Positions 11,760-22,618 of a stretch of 64,000 nucleotides of DNA are shown here, piece by piece. The DNA is from Lama glama. Taxonomy: Eukaryota. Under the pieces are notes generated by a model, which searched no databases, was not told the origin of the DNA, and saw only the letters and a program-made list of their open reading frames with translations. The DNA lies in contig CM052816.1 of assembly GCA_028534125.1 (NCBI GenBank), positions 92,506,001-92,570,000 of the forward strand, given 5' to 3'. The translations under genes were made by a program, and so were the position numbers. Within the stretch, counting starts at the first letter, position 1; every line of letters begins with the position of its first letter.

Positions 11760-12800
11760 CCACGCTGCTACACCCCCGCCGGCCCCACGCCCCCCCAGCC
11801 TTTTTGAGGGCACCGAGCCCAGCGTCCCCTCCCGCCCCCGCCGTGCCCAGCCCGCGTCCTGCACTCACTGCTCAGCTGGGCACCGCAGCTTGGTCCGCGG
11901 CTGCCCACCGGCCGCCGCCTTCCCGCCCTCCGGAGCCGCGGCCCCCGCCTCCCGCACCGGCTTCTCGGCGCAGCTCGCGCCCGGCCACGCTCCGGGCTGA
12001 GGCATGGTCCCGCGATTCATGGGGCCGCCGCCGCCGCCGGCGGCGCCGCCGCAGGGATTCAGCCGCCTCCAGCGATCCAGAGCCCCTCCCGTCGGGGCGC
12101 CCGGCCGTGGCCACCGCTTCTCTGCAGCCCGCCGGCTTCCGAGGGTGCACGCGACGCTTCCGCGCCCGTCACCACCGCCCGCCCCGCGGCCTCTGACCCG
12201 CGGCGAGGGGGCGTGGCCCGGGAGGGCGGGGCGCCTTGAGCCCCGAAGCCTGCGCATGCGCCTGCACGGGCCCAGACGCCCGAGACGAAGACGGCCCACG
12301 CGGAGCGGCTGCTGCGCATGCTCCGCCCCCGGGCGCGCCGCCAGTCGGCCCCAGAGTCCCCGGCGCGCGCTTATCGCTCTAGATGTCTTGGCGCTTCCGA
12401 GTCCCCAGGGACCGGGCCGTGGTGGGAGAGGGAAAAGCACAGGACTAGCGGCGAGGACGCGTCCTCGGAGAGGCGGAGGAAGGCCGGCCTTGAGATGTGA
12501 AGGGCGCTGACATATTTGGGCGTCTCTTACAGTGTGTCTCCTGGCTTCGGAGCCTCGCTTTCCGCCGACGGGGTTTCCCTGGCTGTGGAGAGAGGGATGT
12601 GGGCCGAGTGGATGGCCTGGCCTCTCCGGTGTGACAGGTCCGTCACCACCCACCCGTCCCCGAGGCCCGGCGGCCTTTAGCCTTCGGTGCGTGGTCGGGC
12701 TTGGCGGCTCCAGGGCTGGGAGTTACAGTCCTTCCCTTCCGTGAGGGCGGGAAGAGCGAAATGGTTCTGCCCGACAGGTGAGCCAGCGCAGCACGGTGTG
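11760..12800. promoter_or_regulatory. CpG island / OTULIN promoter and first exon
   Basis: Very GC- and CpG-rich stretch around the ATG. NRF1-type TGCGCATGCGC at 12251-12261 and a degenerate copy at 12313-12323; Sp/KLF GC boxes GGGGCGTGGC (12208-12217) and GGGCGGGG (12224-12231); no TATA seen. Boundaries approximate. Confidence 0.9.
11869..12020 (-). CDS. OTULIN: OTULIN (FAM105B) coding exon 1, 152 nt from ATG
   Basis: ATG at 12020 gives MNRGTMPQPGAWPGASCAEKPVREAGAAAPEGGKAAAGGQPRTKLRCPAE(H), colinear with the recalled human N-terminus MSRGTMPQPEAWPGASCAETPAREAAATARDGGKAAASGQPRPEMQCPAEH. Ends at CA|GTGAGT donor (11868-11863), phase 2, inside a CpG island. Confidence 0.96.
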
Positions 12801-13444
12801 TTCCTGAACTACGTTCTTTCTTATAGGAAATTTGGTTTAAGAGGAGCAAGGGCGAAGGGGAAATATTAACAGGCTTCAAAGATCAGAAGACAATGTTTCA
12901 TGACTGGGGAGGGAATAGCGTAGTAGCCGCTGACGGTGAGCAGCGGTCATGAGTGCAAGCAGCTCAGGACCAAAGTGTGGAGGAAGGGAGTGGCATGGGC
13001 AGTTCAGAAACCTGCGAGTAGTTCTGGGGCAGAACCGATATATAACAGGAGATTTTACTGAAAGAAGAAACAAAGCTTCTTTCGAGAAGGGTGCTGGAGA
13101 CCAGATCTTGAAAAACCACCTTTGGCTAATTAGGGTACTTGAGCTTGATCCTCCTTGAAAGGTCGGAAGGAGGAGATTATTTTGAAATACCGCAGTTGTC
13201 TGCAGTTAGAGAAAAGATTGGGAAAAGACAAGACAGGAAGACCAGTGTAGGAATTCTAAGTAGTAGTTGACATCAGAGGGAGAAACCGGATGGAAAGAAT
13301 ACTTGTATTTTAAGGCAGAGAACAGTGATGGATTTCCCCCTTTAATTATATTTGAAAAAGTAATAAATGAACATGCTAAAAAAAATTCAGAGCATACAAA
13401 AGAATCTACAGTTAAATTTTGTATGGATATTAAGGGTGTGGGAT

Positions 13445-13881
13445 TATAGTGGGATGACTAGTGTCCCCTAAAATTCATGTCCAGCTGGAGCCTCAATATG
13501 ACCTTATTTGGGTATAGGTTCTTTGCAGATGTAATCAGTTAAAATGAGATGTGCAGGATTAGCATGGACCCTCAATCTAATGTCTGGTGTCCTTATAAAA
13601 GACGAGAGGATTCAGAGTATATAGGCACAGAAGAAATAAGGACATGTGAAGATGGAGGCAGAGATTGGGGTGATGTAGCTAGAAGCCAAGAAATGCCAGG
13701 AGCCACTAGTAGCTAGGAAAAGGCAGGGAAATATTCTAAAGAGCCTTCAGAATAAGCATGGACATACTGACAACTTGATTTCAGATATGTAGCTTCCAGA
13801 ACTGCGAGAAAATAGATTACATTTGTTTTAATCCACTCAGTTTGGGGTGCTTTGCTGCAACAACCCTAGGAAACTAATACA
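13445..13881 (+). mobile_element. MLT1C-like MaLR solo LTR
   Basis: Follows the recalled MLT1C consensus end to end (...gtccccTaaaattcatgtcc...ccctaggaaactaataca); perfect 5-bp TSD GGGAT at 13440-13444 and 13882-13886. Confidence 0.88.
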
Positions 13882-14597
13882 GGGATAAAGATGAAGGATT
13901 ATAAAATGCTATCAGGCCAAATTTATTGATAAGGAGTGCTAAGCAGATGTTCTAGATACATTTTATTTCAAAGGGTTAGATAAGGCTTACCAGTTTGTTT
14001 CATTGGTTGTTAGTATGTCTTTTCCTACTATGCCTGTGAAAGTGAGAAAATAACCACAAGATAGGTTTAGGAACCCAATGGGTCCACTGTGAGAAGGACC
14101 TGAGCAAAACTTCCATTGATTACTTAACTTCCATCCACCTGAAAGTGCCTACAATAAGTGAAATTGAAGTGCCAGAACTGCCTGGGAGACTGTAGAGGAA
14201 GATATCCAAAGATTTGAGAAGACTGAAATGTTAGAGTGGATTTATCATTGGAAAAACTTCTCACCCACCCCAGGAGGGAGCCAGAGGACATTACGCTTCA
14301 CCATGACTGTGAGAAATGATTTGTGAAGTCCCAGCATCCTTGATGGGATCTGCAGTTGCTCTTCTCTGTAATCAGATGTATCTTACAGTAGAGACTGGTA
14401 CCATCAAATGAAATTCCAAAATGCAGTGGGGATAGTGGGATCTCAGGGTGGCAAGGTGGGACCAATGCAGTTGCTGTAATGGATAAAACAATAGTCAGAA
14501 TTGTCTGACTTACTGAGACCTGTGATATTAGCCAATTGATAGTGGTGTCCCTAGAAAAGAAATAAATGGATAATTACTAAATTCCTACTTAGTCTTT

Positions 14598-14768
14598 TTT
14601 TTTAATTTATTTTAATTTATTTTTATTTGGTGCAGGGGGAGGAGGGATGGTAATTAGGTTTATTTATTTATTTATTTATTTATTATTTTTAGTGGAGGTA
14701 CCAAGGATTGAACACAGGACCTCTTGCATGCTAAGCACATGCTATACCACAGAGCTATACCCTCCCCC
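14598..14768 (-). mobile_element. Camelid Vic-1-like tRNA-Ala-derived SINE, full length
   Basis: Minus strand GGGGGAGGGTATAGCTCTGTGGTATAGCATGTGCTTAGCATGCAAGAGGTCCTGTGTTCAATCCTTGGTACCTCCA (A and B boxes), then (AAAT)n, AACCTAATTACC and an A-rich tail. 15-bp TSD tcctacttRgtcttt at 14583-14597 and 14769-14783. Confidence 0.9.
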
Positions 14769-16379
14769 TCCTACTTGGTCTTTATAAGCAGAAGAGTTCT
14801 AGGTCTATGAACAGAAATCCCAGCTTGCATCACGAAAGTGGAGAATCGCAGTCCTTCAATCAGTTCTCAGACTTGAGCCAATTTACATACCCAGAACTCT
14901 GAAAGAAGGGAAGGTTAGGTTTTCTTGAGGAAGGACCCTACTTCATTGCCAAAAATGTATAATGTTAATTTCTTCCCCAGTCTTCCGCAAAGGATCCTAT
15001 AGTCATTTGCTGGAGTGACTGTGCACTGAGGGAAAGGAAATAACCATACTTCTGGGGGATTAGTAGGCAGTGGCTCTGACTTAACACTAATTCATGGAAA
15101 CCTGAACATCACTGTCTACCTATCAGAGTAGGGACTTGTGAAGGTCGAGTGATCAGTGGAATTTTAGCTCAGGTCCATCTTACATTAGGCCCAGTGCATC
15201 TCTGAACACATCCTGTGGTTATTTCCCCAGTTCCAGAATGCATAAAAAAATAGACATACTCAGCAATTGGCAGAATCCCCACATTGGTCCCCTCACCTGT
15301 AGAGTGAAGGTTGTTAATATAGGAAGGGACAAATGGAAGCCACTAGAACTGTTGCTAAGCTATAAAAACATAAGCCAAAACAATACCACATTTTTGGAGG
15401 GATTGCAAAGATTAGCACTACTGTCAAGAATTTGAAAGTTGCAAAGGTTGTGATACACACCACATCCTTTTTCGACTCACCTGTTTGACAGAAGACAGTT
15501 GGATCTTGGGGAATGACAGTGGATTTTCATAAATCTGATTTTGTGGTGATTCCAGTTGCACTATTCCAGATGTGGTTTCATTGCTTGAGCAACTTAACAC
15601 ATTTCCTAGTACCTAGTATACAGCTATTGATCTGGTGAAAGCTTTTTCCAATTACATGTGTTATAAAAGACCACTAGAAGGAATCAACAGACAAGTCAGC
15701 AACACGCCTTTACTGTCCTGCCACAAGGTACATCAACTCTTCAGTCCCATGTCATGATTTAGTCTTCAGGGACCTCCTTCCCCTTCTGCAGAACATTGTG
15801 CTGGCCCGTTACACTGATAATGATATGCTGGTTGGTCCTGGTAGGCAGGAAGTAGCAATTACTATACACGTATTTGTAAGGTATTTGCATGTCAGAGGAT
15901 GGGAAATAAATCCCCCCAAATTCAGAGGCCTTGTACCTCTGAAATTTCTAGGGGTCCAGTGGAGTGGAGCATTTCAAGACATCACTTCTAAGGTGAAGGG
16001 TAAGTTGTTATATCCAGCCCCTCCTACTATTAAAAATAAATAAATAAAAGGCGTAACCCACAGTGAGAGAAGGGAAGTCTTGGCAACAGGTCCTGGCTGT
16101 TATGCACGTTGCTGTGCCATGTGGGTCAGATGACTCAGTGGATCCAGTCGTGCTTGAAGTGGCAGACAGAGGTGATATTTGGAGTCTTTGGCAAGTACCT
16201 GTAAGTGAATCACAATGCAAACCCTTAGAATTTTGGGGCAAAGCCCTGCCATCCTCTGAGGATAACTACTCTCCTTTTGAAAAATGGCTTTTGGCTTACT
16301 AGTGGACCTTTGTAGAGGCTGAATCCTTACCAGTGGACCAGAAAGTTACCATGTGGCCTGAGCTCAGTTATAAATCATG

Positions 16380-16870
16380 TGATTGGTGTGTAACCTCAGT
16401 ATGATGTGATGAAAATGGCACCACACCTCTGTGATCTTCCAAAAACCCGTAACTCCAATCTAGTGAGAAGAATGTCAGACAAATTACAAATTCCATTAGG
16501 GGGCATCCTAAAAATTACTTGGCCAGTACTCTTCAAAACTGTTAAGGCCATCAAAACAAGAAAAGTCTAAGGAACTGTTGGTCAAGAGGAGCCTAAGAAG
16601 GCGTGACAAATAAATGTTATGTGGTATTCTGGGTGGGATCCTGGAACAGAAAAAGACGTTAGGTTAGGAAGTCTGAATAAACTATGGACTTTAGTTAATA
16701 AGAGTGTACCAGTTTTGGTTCATTAAGTGTAATAAATGTACCATGCTAATGTATGATGTTAGTAATAGGAGAAATTGGGTACAGGGTACATAGGAACTCT
16801 GTACTATCTTCTCCATTTTTCTGTATGTCTAAAACTATTTCAAAGAAAGTCTGTTATATTAGAAAAAAAT
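16380..16870 (+). mobile_element. L1MC/L1MD-type LINE 3' end
   Basis: gccagtactcttcaaaactgttaagg...gggatcctggaacagaaaaagac...ggaactctgtactatctt...tctaaaactatt followed by an A-rich end. Confidence 0.8.
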
Positions 16871-18347
16871 CAAACTCAAATACCATGTCACAAAGTGATA
16901 AACCAAGACTTTCCAACATAAAGAAGAATGTCTAGTCATATTGTTCTTATTTTGTACTTCAATAGAAAAATTATAATTTAAATGTTAAGTATTTCATCTT
17001 TATCTAATCCTTTAAAAAGTGTGTTGTGTGTATGTTTTATAGTAAATAAACACAGAGGTACATGTGTGTATTTTTAATGTGTAAGTGTATGTTGGAAATG
17101 CCCACAATTTTTTTACTGATATTCCTGAACTAAATTATTAGAAAGCAGGTGTGTTAAACTGAATAAGTCAAAGACTAAATCAGAATTTCTTAGAGGAAGT
17201 TGTGAAAAGTAAGCCAATGAACTATGATATAATTACAATTAGCCTATTTTTATGTCAGGATGAATAAATAATAACGCAAAACTAAGCTTAAGTACAAGCC
17301 TGTGTAATAACATTGCTAGAGACAATTCCAGTTTCCAGCTTCCCCTTAGAATCAAACATTCCCAAATGAGATAACTAAGAGTAAAATGATGGTATTATAA
17401 TTTGTAAGTTCTTAGACTTGGTAGCATTTTGAATCATTTCAAACTGCTTCTTCAGTGGCCTTGCCTAGAATAGTTAATGTATCAAAGACTCTGAGTCCTT
17501 ATTTTTTGGACACTTCAGCCCTTATTTACAGTAATTTTTCATGAAGAATACTGCTAAGGCATTGCAGTGTTTGTTTATTGGATTGGCTGATTCTTTAATT
17601 CTCTAATAGGAACTTAGTACCAATTGGATGCACATCTTCCTTTTCAATACCATCAACTCATATTTTATAGCAAAGTCAAAACATTCTGTATTTTCACTAT
17701 ATGGAATTTCCCAATGTCACAGCAATAAAAAATAGATTTCAAATATGTTCTGTACATCAATTTCTAAAGTAGTCACAGCAGAGGTACTTTTTGGTTTATT
17801 CTAGTTTCACAGGTTCATGTACTGTACCCAGGCTTGGAAGCAAGTATATCTAGTTTCACTTAGAAATTAACTACTCCAGGAATACCTGAGTATTTATTTG
17901 AAAGACCCCCCTTTTCAGTATGTTTCTTGATTGTGGAGTGCTCATTATTTTTACGCAGGATTTGGGGATGAAGAGGCTACTGTGTATTTGCAGTTCTGAG
18001 ACTAGAAGAAATAACTTTACAGGGAAAACTGGGGGAAATAGTTTATTAAAAAATATCTTGCAGTAGTAATAGTTTACCTAGAAACCCCCAAAATTGTCCC
18101 GAAGAGGTTTTTTGGGGAGAAGTATAGGCCATGACGAAATTTAATCATGAAATTGAAACCATTTCATACAAAAGGAAATAACAGAGAATAATATAAAAAG
18201 ACTTGGAATTCTGGAAAACATTAAACCAGTCCTTTGCTTCCAGCTAAGTGTAATTTCATCCTAAACAAATAACACAGGCAGCTGATAATCTTAACTTACT
18301 TGAAGAGCTTCTAAAGTGGAACTCCATACCCTAAGTACCTTAGTATC

Positions 18348-19096
18348 TGCTGTGGACTGAATCATATCCCCTCACTGCAAATTCATAAGTTGAAGCCCTA
18401 ATCCTCAATATGACTATATTTGGTCATATGAACTGAATGTGTCCTCCCAAAATTCACGTTTTGAAACCCTGTCCTCCAATGGGATGGTGTTAGGAGATGG
18501 GGCCATTGGAGGTAATTAGGACCAAATGAGGTCAGTAGGGTGGAGAAACCATGAATGAAATTAATGCCCTTACAAGAGTCAAAGGACAGTTTACTCTTCC
18601 TCTCTGCTACTCTCTGCCAAGTGAGGAAATAAGGAGAAGTCAGCAATATAAAAGCCAGAAAAGATTTTTCGTTAGAACTCAGTCATACTGGCATCCTCAT
18701 CTTGGACTTCCAGACTCCAGAATTGTAAGAAATAAAATTGTTTAAGCCATCGAGTATATGATAGTTTGTTATAGCAGCTTGACCTGACTAAGAAATTTGG
18801 AGATAGGGCCTGTGAGAAGGTGATAAAGGTTAAATGAGGTCATCAGGGTGGGGCCCCAGTCTGACAGGATTGGTGCTTTTATAAGAAGAGGAAGAGACAG
18901 CAGACTTCTCTGTCTACCGTGGAGGACACAAGACAGCCATCTGCAAACCAGAAAGAAAGCTGTCACCAGAAACCAGACCAGCCAGCACCTTGATCTTGGA
19001 TTTCCTAGCCTCCGGAACTGTGAGAAAATAAACTTCTGTAGTTTAAGCCTCCCAGTCTATGGTGTTTTGTCACGGCAGCCCAAGCCAATTAAGACA
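18348..19096 (+). mobile_element. MLT1A-like MaLR solo LTR (outer), split by a second MLT1A-family LTR
   Basis: Begins TGCTGTGGACTGAA, ends TAAGACA; perfect TSD GTATC at 18343-18347 and 19097-19101. Confidence 0.88.
18424..18795 (+). mobile_element. MLT1A0-like MaLR solo LTR (inner)
   Basis: tcatatgaactgaatgtgtcctcccaaaattc...agaaataaaattgtttaagcc...gactaagaaa; perfect TSD TTTGG at 18419-18423 and 18796-18800. Confidence 0.85.
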
Positions 19097-19859
19097 GTAT
19101 CAGAGTACTTCTTTATACTTACCTTTTAGGACAAGCACCTGAGTTCCTTTGGAAAGGACGCCCATCTTTCATACTGTACACTGGAATTCAGAAAGAGCTA
19201 GAGGGACAAATTGTAGACGTTTCCTAAGAAAATAAAGGTAAGGAAGAGATTCTTCATTTCTGTATCATAACATAGGAGACCTTCACCTACAGTAATCTGA
19301 TGTGAGGTTGGTAATTTTCATGTAACCCCTTCTTATCTCCATCACAGTCAGAGGGGAAAACATCACCCTACGATTACCAAAAGCTCTCTACTTACGATGA
19401 GTCAACCATACCTTGAGAAATCATACCAGGATATTGCTGACAAAGTAACAAGGGCTTTCTGGATCTTTTGCTAATCTTTGTACCTCGTAACTTTTTTCTT
19501 TGCACTTCATCCAGAATTTTAGTGAATGATTAACTAGGTCTTCTTCAGAAAATAAGGCTGCATAATTTCATTATCATTGCATTATTTCCCAAAGACCACA
19601 GCAGCTCAAATCCACCTTAAAATAGTGGCCTTTCTTTTAAGGAAGTACCTCTATCTCTTGAGGTACACCAGGGCCACCTCATACAGCTGTGCAGCAGAGG
19701 CCTTGGGGTAAAAAGATAACTTTCATAGCTAGATGAGGACATGGATAGACTTGTTTTCCTCTCTGCCCACTTACTTTATGTTCACCATATTCCTTCTTTA
19801 CCAAAAACAAAAGACTGCTCTCTCATCCCTCCCAAATCTTACTACAGTGCGTCCCTCGA

Positions 19860-20172
19860 GTGCTGTGTTGTCAAATACTATAATAACCACTAGTCACATG
19901 TGTATATTAAGCACCTGAAATGTAGCTGGTCAAAATTAAGATTTGCTATTTGTGTAAAATACTACAGGATTTCAAGGAATAGTACCCCAAAAATGTAAAA
20001 TACCTTATTTTTAATGTTTTATATTGATTAAATGTTGAAATGATAATATTTTGGAAATAATTGCATTATACACAATATTAATTTCACCTGTTTCTTTTTG
20101 CTTTTTAAACAAGGTACTAGAAAATTTTTAATTACATATATTACTCACATTATATTTCTATTGGATAGTGCT
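19860..20172. mobile_element. MER33-like hAT-Charlie element
   Basis: gtgctgtgttgtcaaata...ccactagtcacatgtg...aagcacctgaaatgtagct...tttctattggatagtgct resembles recalled MER33. Confidence 0.75.
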
Positions 20173-21154
20173 ATTTTAGAGCATCAAAACAAAGGGACAA
20201 TTTAAATATTGCTTTTGGAGAAGTCTCCAACATAAGGCACCAAAATTTTGCATTCAGGCTTCGTGTCTTGCCCCTCCTTCTGTTAAGAGTGGGTATTTTG
20301 GTATTTTAGTGGAGTAGTTTAGTCAATATGTTCATTCAGATATAATGTGAAGTAGGGATATGAGAGTGACAGTAATTTCACTGGAGGAAAGCACTGCTCC
20401 TGAGGGAGAGTGCTGGAAGAATCAGGCAGAGTACAGGTAAGCAATAGTGATGACATTTTATGTCGTCCAGGTGACACGCTCGGGGCAAGGCTCTCTGCCT
20501 TACTTAGTACTCTTTCTTAGAATTAGTGTGTGCAGGTGAGATGACTGTTCTTTGGCAGGCCCAGAAATGGGAGGTGATTGACTAATTACTGGATAATCAA
20601 TCCTTTTGTAATTCAGGGGCTTTCTAATTCTTTGCTTTCAACAAACTTGACAGAAAACCTAAAGTTTTTAGCTGATGACTTAAAATAACTAAATGAGAGA
20701 TTACTATGATGCTTTGGGCATGCAATTCAGAAGTTGAAAGAACTGTCATAACAAAACTGTTTTCATCTATTTATGAGAACAATATTTCTCAGTGCTTCTT
20801 TCTGTAGAACCTAAAATTAGAAATTGAATTCAGATTAAATCCTATCTCTTTCTAACAATAAATAACATTCACCAATGGATTTTGAAAGAGATGCACCCAA
20901 TAGAATTTTACTGAGTATGTGTAATTATTATCAAAATTTGTAATATATTGTTTTAAATTTTTACTCCTGATAATTATAATAATAAAACTTCCAGGTAATT
21001 TTAAGTAATAAAAGACTTTCAAACAAAATATACTACATTATATAAAATTCTGGGAATAGAGAATGGAGTAGAAAAGTAAGATTTCAGTGAGAAAAAGGAA
21101 TGTTGTAAAATTAGTCTTTTTTATGAATGATGTGAATTTCTAATATGTTATTTA

Positions 21155-21660
21155 TGTTGCCACAAAACCAGCCTCTGTACCCTGAAAGCTGGATTGAGGC
21201 AGAGTTTTGGGAGAATTCAAAAAGAACCTCTTTATTGCTTTGCCTGGCAAATGGGAGTCACAGCAGGCTTGTGCCTTAGAGACTTCGAATCCATCTTGGG
21301 GGTGGGGTCTTGAGGTTTTGCAGAAAAACTAGATGGGACAGAAAAGGTGGTGACAATCAGGACGTTTTACAGGGTGCTACATTCCTCTTAACCTCAATAA
21401 ATCTGGGGCCCTGGGAGGGTCTGTCCATTCGTCTGAGATTACTGGCCCATTACCTCCTTCCTGGAGCATAGACTCCGGGTTAAAGCTATTCTCAGTAAAG
21501 AATGTATAGGGAGGGGAGAGCATAATGGAAAAGTTTGGGGGGTGTTTAGCACAAAAGCAGTAAGAGAGAAAAAGAAAGTTGCAGGAGTTCTTAGTCAGAA
21601 TGAATCAGCAAACAGTTTTCACATCAGGGAAGTGATTATTGGTTTTGGAAACATGAGTCA
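21155..21660 (-). mobile_element. Probable ERV solo LTR inserted in a hAT-Charlie remnant (about 20640-21800)
   Basis: Abrupt GC rise beginning tgttgcc (minus strand ends ...ggcaaca); minus-strand AATAAA near 21231-21236; AT-rich Charlie-like flanks. Right boundary and TSD not resolved. Confidence 0.55.
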
Positions 21661-22249
21661 GGTGATGATTTTATTTTAAAATACCAGTATTTATAATACA
21701 ATGGAAATGACATCCTTTAAAACTAAATTTCTAATGGAAAATTTTAGATGTCAAGTTTCAAATGTTGGAACAGTTTCACAGTTCTTCAGAACTCTTTTAC
21801 GGGAAAAGGTGAGCCAAACCCTCACGTGATGGCCTCCAATGCCAGCCAGTCAAACCTCTTCGTCTATGGATGTGGCAGCTGAGGACCAGAAGTTCTGCCC
21901 TTGAACCAGAACCCAAGGCCACGTTCAGTCACTGGCTCTGCAGCCCCGCTCCATCGCCTACTCAAAGAGGGCACACAGGGCTCAGTGAGAAAGCCCATGT
22001 TTTATTAATGGTGAGATGCCTCTAAGTAAGGGGTCGTCTCTGAACCGTATTTGAGTTTAGAGCTATCTGGCATCTGTGGTGTCAGACTGACTGTCACCAC
22101 CAGTCTTGCCCACCATCAGCATTATTTTTAAAGAAGTCATTTAGAAATAGGAAATGTCCATACATCTGTCACAGCAAGTTGGGTAGTAATTGATCTGCTG
22201 ACCTCCCTAACAAAGCTGGAAGCAGCTTCGGGGGAAGGAGATATCCATT

Positions 22250-22618
22250 GGCTTGGTTGGCTTGGGCTGGGCGGCCATAACATAATACCACATCCTGGGT
22301 GGCTTCAACAACAGAAATTTATTTTCTCACAGTCCTGGAGCTAAAAGTGAGATCAGAGTGCCAGCACACCCAGGTTCTGGGGAGAGTCTGTTCCTGGCCT
22401 GCAGATGGCTGCCTTCTTGCTGTGCATACTTGCTGAAAGCAAGCTCTGGTCTCCCTTCCTTTTCTTAGGAGGACATAATCCTACTGGATCAGCACCCTAC
22501 CCATATAACTTCATTTAACTTTATTTCCACAAAGGCCCTGTCTCCAAATATGTCACATTACGGGTTAGAACTTCAACATACAAATTTTAGTTGGACACAA
22601 ACATTCAATTCCCTAATA
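22250..22618 (-). mobile_element. MLT1A-like MaLR solo LTR
   Basis: gccataacataataccaca...caacagaaatttattttctcacagt...aaggccctgtctccaaata...ttcaacatacaaatttt is the reverse complement of MLT1A. Confidence 0.85.

Larger units (their letters stand above)
13421..16375 (+). mobile_element. Degenerate ERV-L internal sequence (gag-pro-pol remnant), interrupted by MLT1C and a SINE
   Basis: ERVL gag-like ggatattaagggtgtggga...atcaggccaaatttattgat...ttagagtggattt; decayed protease LLDTGS motif near 15055-15095; RT QKTDGSWRMTVD-like at about 15490-15530; YIDD decayed to YTDN near 15810; ORFs 15798-16043 and 16063-16302 are pol fragments. Many stops and frameshifts. Confidence 0.9.

Noticed and set aside
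11639..12653. Several long Pro/Arg/Gly-rich ORFs on both strands
   Set aside because: CpG-island stop-codon depletion; only 12020-11869 matches a known protein.
14693..14768. tRNA-Ala(AGC)-like sequence
   Set aside because: Followed by a SINE body and A-rich tail and flanked by a TSD, with mismatched stems; a SINE head, not a tRNA gene.
15798..16302. RT-like ORFs as a possible domesticated retroviral gene
   Set aside because: YIDD decayed to YTDN with many frameshifts and stops; no sign of ORF preservation.
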